A DNA stretch of 62,549 nt, filler included, from Stramenopiles sp. TOSAG23-3 (taxonomy: Eukaryota), in NCBI GenBank assembly GCA_900128585.1. It is 9 parts of 9 records of this genome, joined end to end, with 100 filler letters (N's around TTAATTAATTAA, not from the genome) between each part and the next. Parts side by side here need not be neighbours in the genome. Positions count along the whole stretch, not along the records: positions 16,999 to 25,395 come from LT643025.1; positions 25,496 to 33,882 come from LT643026.1; 7 more parts are not named here. The stretch is one strand, 5' to 3'. Both the position numbers and the translations under genes were made by a program. The notes beneath the pieces were generated by a model, which worked only from the letters and a program-made list of their open reading frames with translations, had not been told where the DNA came from and ran no database searches. Numbering within the stretch: the first letter of the stretch is position 1; every line of letters starts with the position of its first letter. This document shows, piece by piece, positions 19,843-30,248 of this stretch.

Positions 19843-22200
19843 CTACTGATGGTGTGCTTTCTCGTTATACATTTGCATTTTACCTTCAACGAGAGCAAGT
19901 TGTTTTGCAGCAGCAACCTTAATCTTTGACCCAGGAACACCTAAATTCAATGATTTGTGCAGGCAAGAAATTGCTTCTTCGAATTGATCAATATTAAGAT
20001 ATGAAAACGATAAATTATATAAAACACCAACTAAATGAGTTTTGTCATTCACTTGCTCCATTGTTTCTATGCACGCGAGATATGCTTCAATGGCTTCGTG
20101 GTGCTGACCAGTGGATTCAAATACAGTGGCTAAATTACCCTTAGCTTGGGCCTCGATACGGCGATCCCCCACTTCATCTGCTAATTCGATTGCTTCCTCA
20201 AAAAGGGGCAACGCTTTATGCCAACAATGATCTGAGACATATTGTCGACCTTGCCTCATTAATAAAATCATGTCATTTCGTATCTCTTCTTGAAAATTAT
20301 CATCCGAATCATAACTTTTGTTTTTCGCAGGCCCTTCTAGTACCTCTGTAGTGTGCACAACATGGTTTTTACCAACTTCATCATGTTCACTTTCCCGGTT
20401 TGACCCACTTGAACCTGATTCATTACGCATATGTTTGTTGTGCAACGCAGTCACATTTTCGGGCACACAAGAGTCTCCCTCTTTCCAGTTGTGCATTGAA
20501 GGTTTGGGAGGTTGCTTGTTTGTTATTTTTTCTTCAACATGTGCAATGTCTTCATCTTTTTCTTCATGTCTGTTTTCATAGTATTGTTTTTCTAGTCTCA
20601 GTTGCTCGCTTGCAATATTAACAAGAGAGAGAACTTCTTCTAATTTCGACAAAATATTGTTCAATCCTATTTCGGCATTTTCATACTTTATCTGAAGCTG
20701 CTCATGGTTATTCCCTTGAGTTGTTGCAGAATTTATCTTGAGGACCTCCTCAGTGGTATTAATCAAACTGCTTCCTAATTTCGAACTCAGCGTTGAGCGC
20801 TGATTTTTTCCAGCTATCGGTCTCGACGCAAATCCAAAAGTCGCTGTCTGGGCATGGGACAAAGCATCATAAATTGAACCCCAATCCCCTGTGGCAGAAA
20901 TCGTTTTTCCAGGCGCATCAAATTGAATATCAACACCTTCCCGCTTTTTCGAAAACCTTTGAAAAATATCTGAGTCGCAATCACTCCAATTTGCAATCTG
21001 CACAAAAGTTGAGGAGGGTGGAATTTGCCTTTGTCTGCCCTCAATGTAAAGGGAAGATAGCATGTATATTGTCTCGTTTCTGTTCCCAATATTTGGATAA
21101 ACAAGACCCCCTGGGTCAACAATTGCACTTAAGTATGTGATCGCATCTACAACCTGAAATTTGCTCCTGCTGATATCAAAGAACCGACAGGCTGAATCCA
21201 CTAATTCTTGATCAATTTGCCCGCATGCGTCCCCATCATCAGATGGGACAACTATTATTATATCATTCATTACACCTTGCTTAGGAGTCCCTGAAATAGT
21301 TTTAGATCGACACGAAAGTGGTATACTACCATTTTCTTTTGGTTGTGGTAATAGCGTGATCGCCTTTATCATTGGCAATGATAATGGTATAACTTTTACA
21401 GCATTATAACGAACAGACTGCAATATTTCGCTCGGGTTAAAATGGCTGTGGACATAAACACAATTGCCGGTGCAGTTTCCGTATAATAAAATCCCCACCA
21501 AGCCTTCAATTCGCCAGAAAGGTAGAGCACCAAGAATCGAAGAGTGGCTTTCATAAGATGCTCCATTGCCCTCTTCCATGTTATTAGGTTTCTTTCCAGA
21601 CGCAATTTCAACACTTGCTCCGAAACCTTTCTTGATTGAATCTAAAATATCAGCATGCGACGCAGAGCGTTTTTCAAGCTCTCCGTCACCAATAGGAGAG
21701 TAGCTATATATCGCCGCTGTTGTGGGCGATATCCTTTGGGAAGAGACCACTCCACCATTCTGCAGAAGAGAACCAAATGGCATTGCGCCTTCACAACCCC
21801 CAAAAACATAAACAAATTTAACCCCACTCTTTGCAGCTGCAGAATTTGCCTTTTCTGCAAAGGATGGAATAGTAAAAAGGACAACAGCCTCGGAATCTCT
21901 CAGCTGAAAAACAAGTTCGTCGGTGGTAGAGCCAAGTGAGCAGGCAGTAAACACGCAACCAAAAGCCAAAGTTGCATGAACAACAAAAGCCCACTCAAGC
22001 ATGTTTGGAGCATAAATTGCAACTGTTTCCCCTGGCTTAAGCCCACAATTCCCTTCTAAACCGAACCTTAGTTGCCGCGTAAAACTTATAAGTTCCCCGA
22101 AAGTCACCGACCGACCAGTCAAGCCATCTACCAGGGCCGCGTCTCTCGAACTACGGCAACTCTCAACTGCCTGCAAGATAGCAGATTGAATAATGCCCAT
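19843..22200 (-). CDS. Degenerate AMP-binding (4CL/luciferase-like) domain fused to coiled coil and C-terminal TPR repeats
   Basis: ALVDGLTGRSVTFGEL, GLKPGETVAIYAPN, DELVFQLRDSEA, ALPFWRIEGL; TPR helices EAQAKGNLATVFESTGQHHEAIEAY, VLYNLSFSY. Confidence 0.75.
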   Translation of the reverse strand: MGIIQSAILQAVESCRSSRDAALVDGLTGRSVTFGELISFTRQLRFGLEGNCGLKPGETVAIYAPNMLEWAFVVHATLAFGCVFTACSLGSTTDELVFQLRDSEAVVLFTIPSFAEKANSAAAKSGVKFVYVFGGCEGAMPFGSLLQNGGVVSSQRISPTTAAIYSYSPIGDGELEKRSASHADILDSIKKGFGASVEIASGKKPNNMEEGNGASYESHSSILGALPFWRIEGLVGILLYGNCTGNCVYVHSHFNPSEILQSVRYNAVKVIPLSLPMIKAITLLPQPKENGSIPLSCRSKTISGTPKQGVMNDIIIVVPSDDGDACGQIDQELVDSACRFFDISRSKFQVVDAITYLSAIVDPGGLVYPNIGNRNETIYMLSSLYIEGRQRQIPPSSTFVQIANWSDCDSDIFQRFSKKREGVDIQFDAPGKTISATGDWGSIYDALSHAQTATFGFASRPIAGKNQRSTLSSKLGSSLINTTEEVLKINSATTQGNNHEQLQIKYENAEIGLNNILSKLEEVLSLVNIASEQLRLEKQYYENRHEEKDEDIAHVEEKITNKQPPKPSMHNWKEGDSCVPENVTALHNKHMRNESGSSGSNRESEHDEVGKNHVVHTTEVLEGPAKNKSYDSDDNFQEEIRNDMILLMRQGRQYVSDHCWHKALPLFEEAIELADEVGDRRIEAQAKGNLATVFESTGQHHEAIEAYLACIETMEQVNDKTHLVGVLYNLSFSYLNIDQFEEAISCLHKSLNLGVPGSKIKVAAAKQLALVEGKMQMYNEKAHHQ

Positions 22201-25200
22201 TTAACTATAGAATTGGTGCTTCAATTTTACACGCATTAACATTCATAAGGTTGCTCATCAAATAACAATGTTTATATTGAAGAATTGAGACAGGTAACGG
22301 TGTTTCGAGGGAATGCTAAGCTTTTGAAATTTTGTTGCGTTGAGATGGTATCGCTACCGAACTTGCGAATTTAAACCCTGTAAAATGACGAGATGCTTCG
22401 CTCTGTGCCGTGTGGGATTATCTTGCTACAACTGCTGGAAGTGTTACGATCAACTGTGATATTTTTATCTTAGATGACACCAGTTCCATTCTAGCCGTTC
22501 TATTAAATAACATAGTAGAAGCCATTTAAGTTGGACAGTGGACAGTGAAAAAAGAAAGTCTTATGAGCTCACGACACCCATCATACATATTTTCTGACTT
22601 TGTGCTATATTTTAAGGAATTCTAAATCCACCTTGGGTTATTTACTTCCTTTTACTACAATACTTATCGTATTGAACTCACAAAACACCCTTTCATAATG
22701 ATATTGTCTATGCTCTGTAGTGTATAATGGTTTTACAATGATACTCCCCACTAATAAGAATACCCTGACTTTAACTCTATAAAACAACATGTATGACAGA
22801 TGTTATTACATGTATTATAATGCTATTTACCCACTAAAAAGTGATTCCGATTACATTCCAAAAAATAATTGTGTACGACGGTGGTATTCCCCTGTTGTTA
22901 TTACCTGTAAAATAAAACTATAATCATAATGGTGTTAGTCCCCTGTACTTAGTGATAATGGGTTTATATCATAAAATATACAGTATTCCCTATGTACCTA
23001 CTAAAAAAGTGTTCTCGGCTGAGAAGGAGTTATCAGCCGGCCCGCTGTGTCGGTGTGAAGGCCTTAGAATCTCCTTCGAGTGACTGCCACTCGGCGCCCG
23101 ACTGTGGCCAAATTATCTTTCTTTGCGCGCAGCGCCCACTTGCGATAATGGGTTTATTGCTTTGAGTAAACAAGTGAATGTGTGTGTTGAAGTTAATTCC
23201 ATGTATTTACCAATTGGTAGGGATCTAATTAACACATACTCCTCGTAAAGTTGCATATTATTGTTTTATTTGTACAATTATAATTATATCCAATCCGAAG
23301 TAAAGAAATTATCCTTCGGGTCCTGGCAGTAACTTATTCCAAATTGTCGATGGACTTCTCGGAGCCGCTCGTGGGTGCTAAGGCTTCTTATTATATTGAC
23401 ACAGCATCCGCCTCCCTCCAATCTATCGACATAGGTAAATTGTAGAAATGGCCCGTACCAGGCGTGCCCCATCCCGAAGGGTCATATTTTGACAGGATAT
23501 AAATGCACTTGTAGAATACAACAGGTGAAATAGTTAATAATATGAACTGAATTATTTACAATAATAATATCACAGGAGAATGTTGGAGAGCTTGTAAAAA
23601 TGGCTTACTTCTCAATTTCTCACAGTAGATCCCCCTGTGCAATAATTAGTACAATATCCGACCTTTGATGTTCGATACTTGACTTCGCCTAGGCGTAGTG
23701 GTAATTTTGACGTGCTCTGAAGTTGAGGATGTAGCGAAGGGAGAGGACTCCGAGTCCGAGCTGTCCGGGTCTGAGCGTTGTGAGTTCCGGATGAGGGGCA
23801 CGGTGTCGGCTACTTGGGCGGTGTAGTCCGTTGGCAGGGCTCTCCCATGCTGGACGCGATCAAGACGCTATTTCCTACTAATACATAGCCGGAGACGCTA
23901 TTAATTTAGCTTTGAATGCATTGGATTTAAACATGGAACCAGGCTCTTACATAGTGGATGTATTAGCATCCCAACTACATGCCGTAGGAATTCTAAGAAT
24001 AACAAGGAAACAGTCCAAAAGAAGACAGCAGCAAGCATTCAATAAAATTATTGTACCGATTAATGATGAATCAATCCAGTGGAATCTTGGAGTGTTGTAG
24101 AAAAGTGGAGGGACAAGTTATCCCTGCAGATTCTTAACAATAGCCCAGTATACTGAATAAGAAGGCGGAAGAGAATTTGTTAATGGTGGCCCGAGTTTTG
24201 TCTTATACAATCATATCTCACAATCATCTGAAGAAGTCGACTACGAGACATCGGATATATGTTCTGAATGTGAAGATTATGATAGTGACAAAGACCGAGC
24301 AATTACTAATAGGTTCATTCACTGAATTTAACTTCTTTTCTAGGAACATAATTTATGAATGATTCAAATAGGTTATTTAATAGGTTATTCGATATATTGG
24401 AGTGTCTTAAAACTTACTATATAAAACAAATTATACAGTGTATGCATTTCACTATATAATAATTCGTTAATTTCTATTTCTTTTTAACAAAACGAACTAA
24501 AGTATTTTTCTATGAACTTCTGTACTTTTCTTATCATCGTTCTTTTCAACAACATAGTGGGCGAAACCTTCAAAATCGCAAGGTTAGTTTTGAAGTACAA
24601 CGACTCCTTCTCCGTCACCGCAGAGGCGATGAGGAGATGAAGTCAACAACCAACTATATTGATGATGATAATACAATCAGATTCTATTCTTTTGTCGAGG
24701 ATCGTTCTTATGACCTGTATGGTTCTTGTCACAGATCGTGAGTTACGTCATCGGATCATCGTCTATTTTCTGAGTTGGGGAATACTCTATTCCATACACT
24801 ACTAATATATAACTTGTTTTTTAAAATTTTCTTACTCGTACATCTTGACTAATTTGAATGCATTAACCACCATTATTTTGTTTTTAATTTATGTCCAGTA
24901 AAGTTTTACTTCCCTCATATCCACATAATTTGTTTTTTTAAATTAAAGCCTTTTTAATAATAAGCCTCGACCCTAGTAGTGTCATCCTCGGATGAAGACA
25001 CAGAGATACAATCCTCACCTCAATCATCAGAAGACGGGAACCGGAGCATTGGTGTATACCGCAGGACGAGATTCCAACTGGCGGTCCAACGAACCACACC
25101 CACCGCACCGCCGACCGAAAATGACACAAACGACCCCCCCCCGACATCCCAACTCACAAATGACAATCCTTTAACTGATTTACATGGCAGACAACGAGCA

Positions 25201-25395
25201 CCTCTAAAACAATTACGCCGCTGCTTTGAAAATCACACAAGGAATGAGGCACCTATGAGTGGGACACCGGATGATGAAGTTGATTATGGGTCATGTGGAA
25301 GTAGTGCTGATCCATATACTGATTCAGATCATAAATGGAGTACATCTGAGAATGATAGTCAAGACTAAGTGACAAGGGTATATCGATTAGTAAAA

Positions 25396-25495
25396 NNNNN
25401 NNNNNNNNNNNNNNNNNNNNNNNNNNNNNNNNNNNNNNNTTAATTAATTAANNNNNNNNNNNNNNNNNNNNNNNNNNNNNNNNNNNNNNNNNNNN
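25396..25495. other. Artificial contig linker
   Basis: 44N-TTAATTAATTAA-44N. Confidence 0.99.
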
Positions 25496-25679
25496 GATGA
25501 CACACAGTGTTTTACACTAGTTGGTATTTAAATGAATTCCAATGAATACTGAAATGCCACAACCAGTTTTAATTAATGCATAGATACATATTTATTACAG
25601 GAAGAAAACATATTGGATCAATCATCGTATGTATTGTCGAACAGAGTAAAAGTAAAAAAAACACTGTTATCGCCTACCC

Positions 25680-27677
25680 ATGGCAAGCCTGTCCAGTACC
25701 AGCAAACAGAACGTCTCCTCGCTCCTTGTGGGGGCCGCGATAGGCTCGGCCGTGTCACTGGGGGCTACGTACATGTACGAAGCGTACCGTCGAAAGGCGG
25801 GGGAGGGTGGCGAGAAAGAGAAAATAGGCCCGCCGGCGGCGGACATTAGGTACCCGTTGAAGCTGGTCGGAAACGTGGACCGTTTGTACGACGACGGCGG
25901 CCCGAAGCCGTTCTGTTTCAACAAAGAAGTCGTCGAAGTGTTCGACGACATGGTGTCGCGAAGCGTGCCGCTCTACAGCGAGGCCATCGACTTTCTGCTC
26001 TACGTCGTCGCGCGGTATTACAAGCCCGGGACCAACGTGTACGACCTTGGGTGCAGCACAGGGACCACGTTGGACTCTATCGCGCGGTCCATCCCCAAAG
26101 AAGAGTACAAGCTAAACCTGGTCGGCATCGACGAGGCGGTCCATATGATTGCAGAGTGCCGCCGTAAATTGAAGTGGGCAGAGAGGCACCACACGGTCGA
26201 CATTAGGCTCGGCAACATATGCACGGCGCCGGTGGAGAACTCGTCCGTGTGTATCCTGAACTACACACTTCAATTCGTGAAGTGGGCCGGCCGGGACCCG
26301 TTGCTGCAGAAAATATACGACGGGCTGTGCCAGGACGGGATCTTGTTCATTTCGGAAAAGGTCGCCAGCTCCGACGACGACATGCAGGGCACGTGCGTCT
26401 GGGCCTACGAGGACTTCAAGCACAGGCGCGGGTACTCCAAAGAGTACATTGCAAGGAAGAAGGCGGCCCTGACGAACGTCCTCGTCCCTTACACCGAAAA
26501 GCAACTCTGCGACGCCCTGTACGTTGCCGGGTTCGACCACGTCCAGACCTGTGTAAAATGGAACTGCTTCGTGTCCATCATCGCACGAAAGCGGGGGGTC
26601 CCGGCCGTCCGCCAGGTAGTCCAGACGCCCACGTTCGACAGCTTCTACGAGGCGAACCCGCTGTACTTGAAGAGCCTCTCGGAGGGCGCAGCCAAGAACT
26701 TCGACGCGTTGTGCCACGAGCGCCGAAAACAGTTTTACGGGAAAGGGAAGCTTAGCGCCCGCACGCTGAGGGAGTACGAGGGCATTGCAGAGAAGATTTT
26801 GACCGTTGGAAAATGCATTCAGACGACGGGGTCGAAGCCGGCCGTGGATTTGATCGTTGACTCGGGAACGATCAGAATAGGGGACGAGGGCGACTTAACG
26901 GCGGAAGGGCGGAGGGTTTGGGAAGAGTGCGCGGTCGCCCTGAAGCCGTGGCGAAAGGGGCCGTGGAAAATATTTGGCGTCGACATCGACGCGGAGTGGA
27001 GGTCGGACATGAAGTGGGAGCGGATCCTGCCGCGCGCGCCGAGTTTGAAAGGGAAGGTTGTGTGCGACCTCGGGTGCGGGAACGGGTACTTTATGTACCG
27101 CATGTTGGACCAGAAACCAAAGTGCGTCGTAGGGTTGGACCCAAACTTTCACGCATGGCTGGAGTTCCAAATGTTTCAACATTTTACGCAGGACCAGGCT
27201 AGGGAAACCCTAAAGTTTGAGATGCTGCGAGGGGAGAACATGGACCTGTTTCCAAAGACGTTTGACGTCGTGTTTTGCTTGGGGGTACTGTACCACACGC
27301 CAGACCCGGTAGGGATGCTGCGCAAAATTCGGGACAGTTTGACGAGGAAGGGCGTGATTGTCGTGGACTGCGAAGGGATCCCAGGGGAAGATCACGTCGC
27401 CCTGTTCCCCAAGAAGAAGTACACGAACATGAAGGGGGTGTACTTCCTGCCGACCGAGCCAACGCTTGTGCACTGGCTCCGTCGAAGCGGCTTCAATGAC
27501 ATCAACGTGTTTTACTCGGAGCCCCTTTCGCCGGCCGAACAACGGGTTACGGAGTGGGCCCCCATCCGGGGAAGTTTAGAGGAAAGCTTCGATAAAAACT
27601 TCGAATCCCTGACCATAGAGGGGTACCCTAGACCGCTGAGAATGTACCTGCGGGCCACAAGAGGGGGCAGTGCGTGA
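25680..27677 (+). CDS. cmoA-cmoB: Fused carboxy-SAM synthase (CmoA) and tRNA U34 carboxymethyltransferase (CmoB) with N-terminal hydrophobic segment
   Basis: CmoA motifs F..EV.EVFDDMVSRSVPLY, VYDLGCSTG, LNYTLQF, ILFISEK, FK..RGYS; CmoB motifs PWRKGP, IDAEWRSDMKWER, DLGCGNGY, LGVLYH, EQRVTEW, TIEGYPRPLR; one uninterrupted 665-aa ORF. Confidence 0.92.
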   Translation: MASLSSTSKQNVSSLLVGAAIGSAVSLGATYMYEAYRRKAGEGGEKEKIGPPAADIRYPLKLVGNVDRLYDDGGPKPFCFNKEVVEVFDDMVSRSVPLYSEAIDFLLYVVARYYKPGTNVYDLGCSTGTTLDSIARSIPKEEYKLNLVGIDEAVHMIAECRRKLKWAERHHTVDIRLGNICTAPVENSSVCILNYTLQFVKWAGRDPLLQKIYDGLCQDGILFISEKVASSDDDMQGTCVWAYEDFKHRRGYSKEYIARKKAALTNVLVPYTEKQLCDALYVAGFDHVQTCVKWNCFVSIIARKRGVPAVRQVVQTPTFDSFYEANPLYLKSLSEGAAKNFDALCHERRKQFYGKGKLSARTLREYEGIAEKILTVGKCIQTTGSKPAVDLIVDSGTIRIGDEGDLTAEGRRVWEECAVALKPWRKGPWKIFGVDIDAEWRSDMKWERILPRAPSLKGKVVCDLGCGNGYFMYRMLDQKPKCVVGLDPNFHAWLEFQMFQHFTQDQARETLKFEMLRGENMDLFPKTFDVVFCLGVLYHTPDPVGMLRKIRDSLTRKGVIVVDCEGIPGEDHVALFPKKKYTNMKGVYFLPTEPTLVHWLRRSGFNDINVFYSEPLSPAEQRVTEWAPIRGSLEESFDKNFESLTIEGYPRPLRMYLRATRGGSA

Positions 27678-27812
27678 GTGAGGGTGTGGGAAAGCTTCAG
27701 TGAGTAGACGCTATCGTACGAAGTAGATTATATGTTATTTACGGGGTATTTCTAAAACGTGCGTTCGTACCTATATTTACCCCCCGCGTCGTATTAAGAA
27801 TTGTTGTTCTTG

Positions 27813-28592
27813 TCAAGACGGCAACGGCTTGCCGGCGCACGCTGTTTTCTGCAGCCTTGCGATTTGTACTTCGGGTTTTGAATTGCTTTTCCACACTATT
27901 TCTGCTTCAAAACCGTAACGTTGGATCTTTTCGGAAAAGAATGTGCCCTCAAAAGCATGCAGCCGTATTTGGAACGCTATGTACACGATGGATTCGGCGG
28001 TGGTCAGCTTCTCCAACGTTTCGAGCAGGATTTCATGCGCCGCTTCGAAGTAAATGACATCTGCAGCAACTATCAAATCAAAACGTTCTGCGTTTGTCAG
28101 GCGGGAAACAGACCGTAAGTCGTCGTCGTTTCCCCACCGCAGCCTGGCACAGAGCGGCCTGCAGCTTTCTGGTCTGTGGTTCCGCCCACTCCACTGTGAA
28201 AAATTCTGCCAGTTGTCTCTCGCATTCCCATCGGCGAGCTTCAGAACGTCTTCGTCCCCGTCGGTAGCAACCGTGTTTATTCCCATTTCTCCCAGAATCA
28301 GGGAACTAAGAGGCGCACCGCCGCAGCCAATTTCCAGCGCTCGCTTGCACTTGATTGCCCCCTCTCTCCCCTCTAAATTGGCCAGGTATTGCCCCAAATA
28401 TATGCCAGACTGCCACACCACTTTCCCCACGTTTTCAATGTCTTCGCCCTGTTGAAATTTGTACAAACATGGCCCACCCCGAGGGAAAACTACAACTACT
28501 TCCCTCGTTTTCTGCAGGGTTGGGATGACCACAGACAGTATCCCTCTTGAAAGCGTGGGATGGACAATGATCTGCGTACACTCCTCCGACAT
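27813..28592 (-). CDS. Protein-lysine methyltransferase, METTL21/Methyltransf_16 family
   Basis: GKVVWQSGIYLGQYL, ALEIGCG, VATD, LRWG, FDLIVAADVIY; first ATG at 28592 (track start is GTG). Confidence 0.88.
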   Translation of the reverse strand: MSEECTQIIVHPTLSRGILSVVIPTLQKTREVVVVFPRGGPCLYKFQQGEDIENVGKVVWQSGIYLGQYLANLEGREGAIKCKRALEIGCGGAPLSSLILGEMGINTVATDGDEDVLKLADGNARDNWQNFSQWSGRNHRPESCRPLCARLRWGNDDDLRSVSRLTNAERFDLIVAADVIYFEAAHEILLETLEKLTTAESIVYIAFQIRLHAFEGTFFSEKIQRYGFEAEIVWKSNSKPEVQIARLQKTACAGKPLPS

Positions 28593-29228
28593 GATACAGG
28601 TACCGTACTCGTACTGCGTATCTAGCGACACAGAATTGAACTACGCGAACAAACAGAAAGAGCGATTTTTTGAAACTTAGTTCATAAAAAGATGCGAATC
28701 GACACTATAATCTTGATTATATCATTTGATGACAGTCTATCATCTACTGGTAATATTTCATCAATAATACAAAGAAAGAAACTCTAAAGAAACTCTACTA
28801 CTATTATTTCAAACTAATAATAATAATAATAAAAAACAAAAAAAAAAAACAACAACAACAACGAACCACAACAACAACAACAACTCGCTTCTCTCCGTCT
28901 TCTCCTCTTCCTATCCTCCTCCTCCTCTTCATTTCTCTTCTCTTCTTCTTCTTCTTCTATCTTCTTACTTTTTTCTTAATATAATAATATTATCTAATAA
29001 TATCTCACATCATAAATAATAATAATATGATTGTTTGATGATGATGATGTGGAAGAAAAATGATGAGATGCACTACATCAATCTGTGTTTTATCTCTTCT
29101 TGTAGTCATTTAAAGTTGTCTTCCTGATTGTGACTCGTTTGTTGGGGAAAGAATACTAAACGTCGAAATCGAAGGCGCGATCATCGCTTTTGTGCGAAGA
29201 TTGGTGTTACGGTGTATACAGATAAACA

Positions 29229-29966
29229 ATGGCAGATTTTGCGTCCACTCAGCTCAAGCTCTCGCAAGCCACGGCGGACTCTCTCACAATAACTTGGTCG
29301 GAAATTGATGGTGCGGAAATGTATAAAGTAGAGATGGCCAAGGCTGGCGAAAGTCCTGAGAAATGGACAGTCCTGTCGGACTCGCTCATAGGGGCTGCGG
29401 TTAAAAAGAAGAATTTATCCCCTGCCACGGGGTACAAATTTCGTGTGTCTGGAAGAAACCAGGACAACACTTTTGTTTCGGAGTACAGCGAGTCTCCAGT
29501 GCTACGAACCAAAGCGGGCGTCCACAACTGTTTCCGGGGCATGCTTGGAAATTCTGTCACCAATGCCGCAGGGAAAACCATTGATCTGAACATTTTAGGC
29601 GATGGGCTGATAGGATTGTATTTTAGTGCATCTTGGTGCCCGCCGTGTCGAAAGTTTACGCCAATGCTTGCCAAGTTTTATCAGGAAGTCAAGGCGGCTG
29701 GGAAGCAGTTTGAAATTGTGTTTGTGTCAGCAGACCGCGACAAGGGCTCGTTTGACACTTACCTGAAAAGCCACCATCCATGGTGGGCAATCCCCTTTGA
29801 TGCTCCGAACCGCCAAAACACATCCGCGTACTTCAAGGTGAATGGAATACCGCGGTTGATTATTTTTGCCCCCGGGGGTAACATTGTAAACGGGAACGCC
29901 GTAGGCCCGCCGCTGACGCTGAATGCTTTCTCACAATGGCAGGCTCAAGCGGGGATTAGCCTGTGA
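29229..29966 (+). CDS. Fibronectin type III plus nucleoredoxin/tryparedoxin-like thioredoxin
   Basis: FN3: SLTITW..Y.V..W..NLSPATGYKFRVSGRN; Trx: GLYFSASWCPPCRKFTP.L..FEIVFVSADR..VNGIPRLI. Confidence 0.9.
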   Translation: MADFASTQLKLSQATADSLTITWSEIDGAEMYKVEMAKAGESPEKWTVLSDSLIGAAVKKKNLSPATGYKFRVSGRNQDNTFVSEYSESPVLRTKAGVHNCFRGMLGNSVTNAAGKTIDLNILGDGLIGLYFSASWCPPCRKFTPMLAKFYQEVKAAGKQFEIVFVSADRDKGSFDTYLKSHHPWWAIPFDAPNRQNTSAYFKVNGIPRLIIFAPGGNIVNGNAVGPPLTLNAFSQWQAQAGISL

Positions 29967-30248
29967 ACGGTTTAACAAAAAATACGACAGTACTAAGTAC
30001 GCCAAAGCATTTTTTGTTTTTTGAAACAATATTTGTAATATATGCATATGTTGTATATAATTTGTTTTTTTTTATGTATATGTTGTTTTTTAATATTTAA
30101 AACCGAGAGAGGGAGAGCACGAGGGATCCCCACCCCCTTTTTGTGAAAAAACTGAGACGTGGCGCAAGTATCATACGATATCTTACCAATAATAGGGAAC
30201 AGCCCTCTTGCCCCGCATCAGATGTCGCTAGCACGGCGGCTGGGCTAA

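Noticed and set aside
24979..25368. 129-aa Ser/Thr/Asp-rich ORF
   Set aside because: GTG start, low complexity and no recognisable domain; not supportable as a gene.
25680..28592. CmoAB plus neighbouring methyltransferase as an operon with a CmoM equivalent
   Set aside because: The neighbour is convergent and has METTL21-family protein-lysine motifs, not CmoM; adjacency is probably chance.
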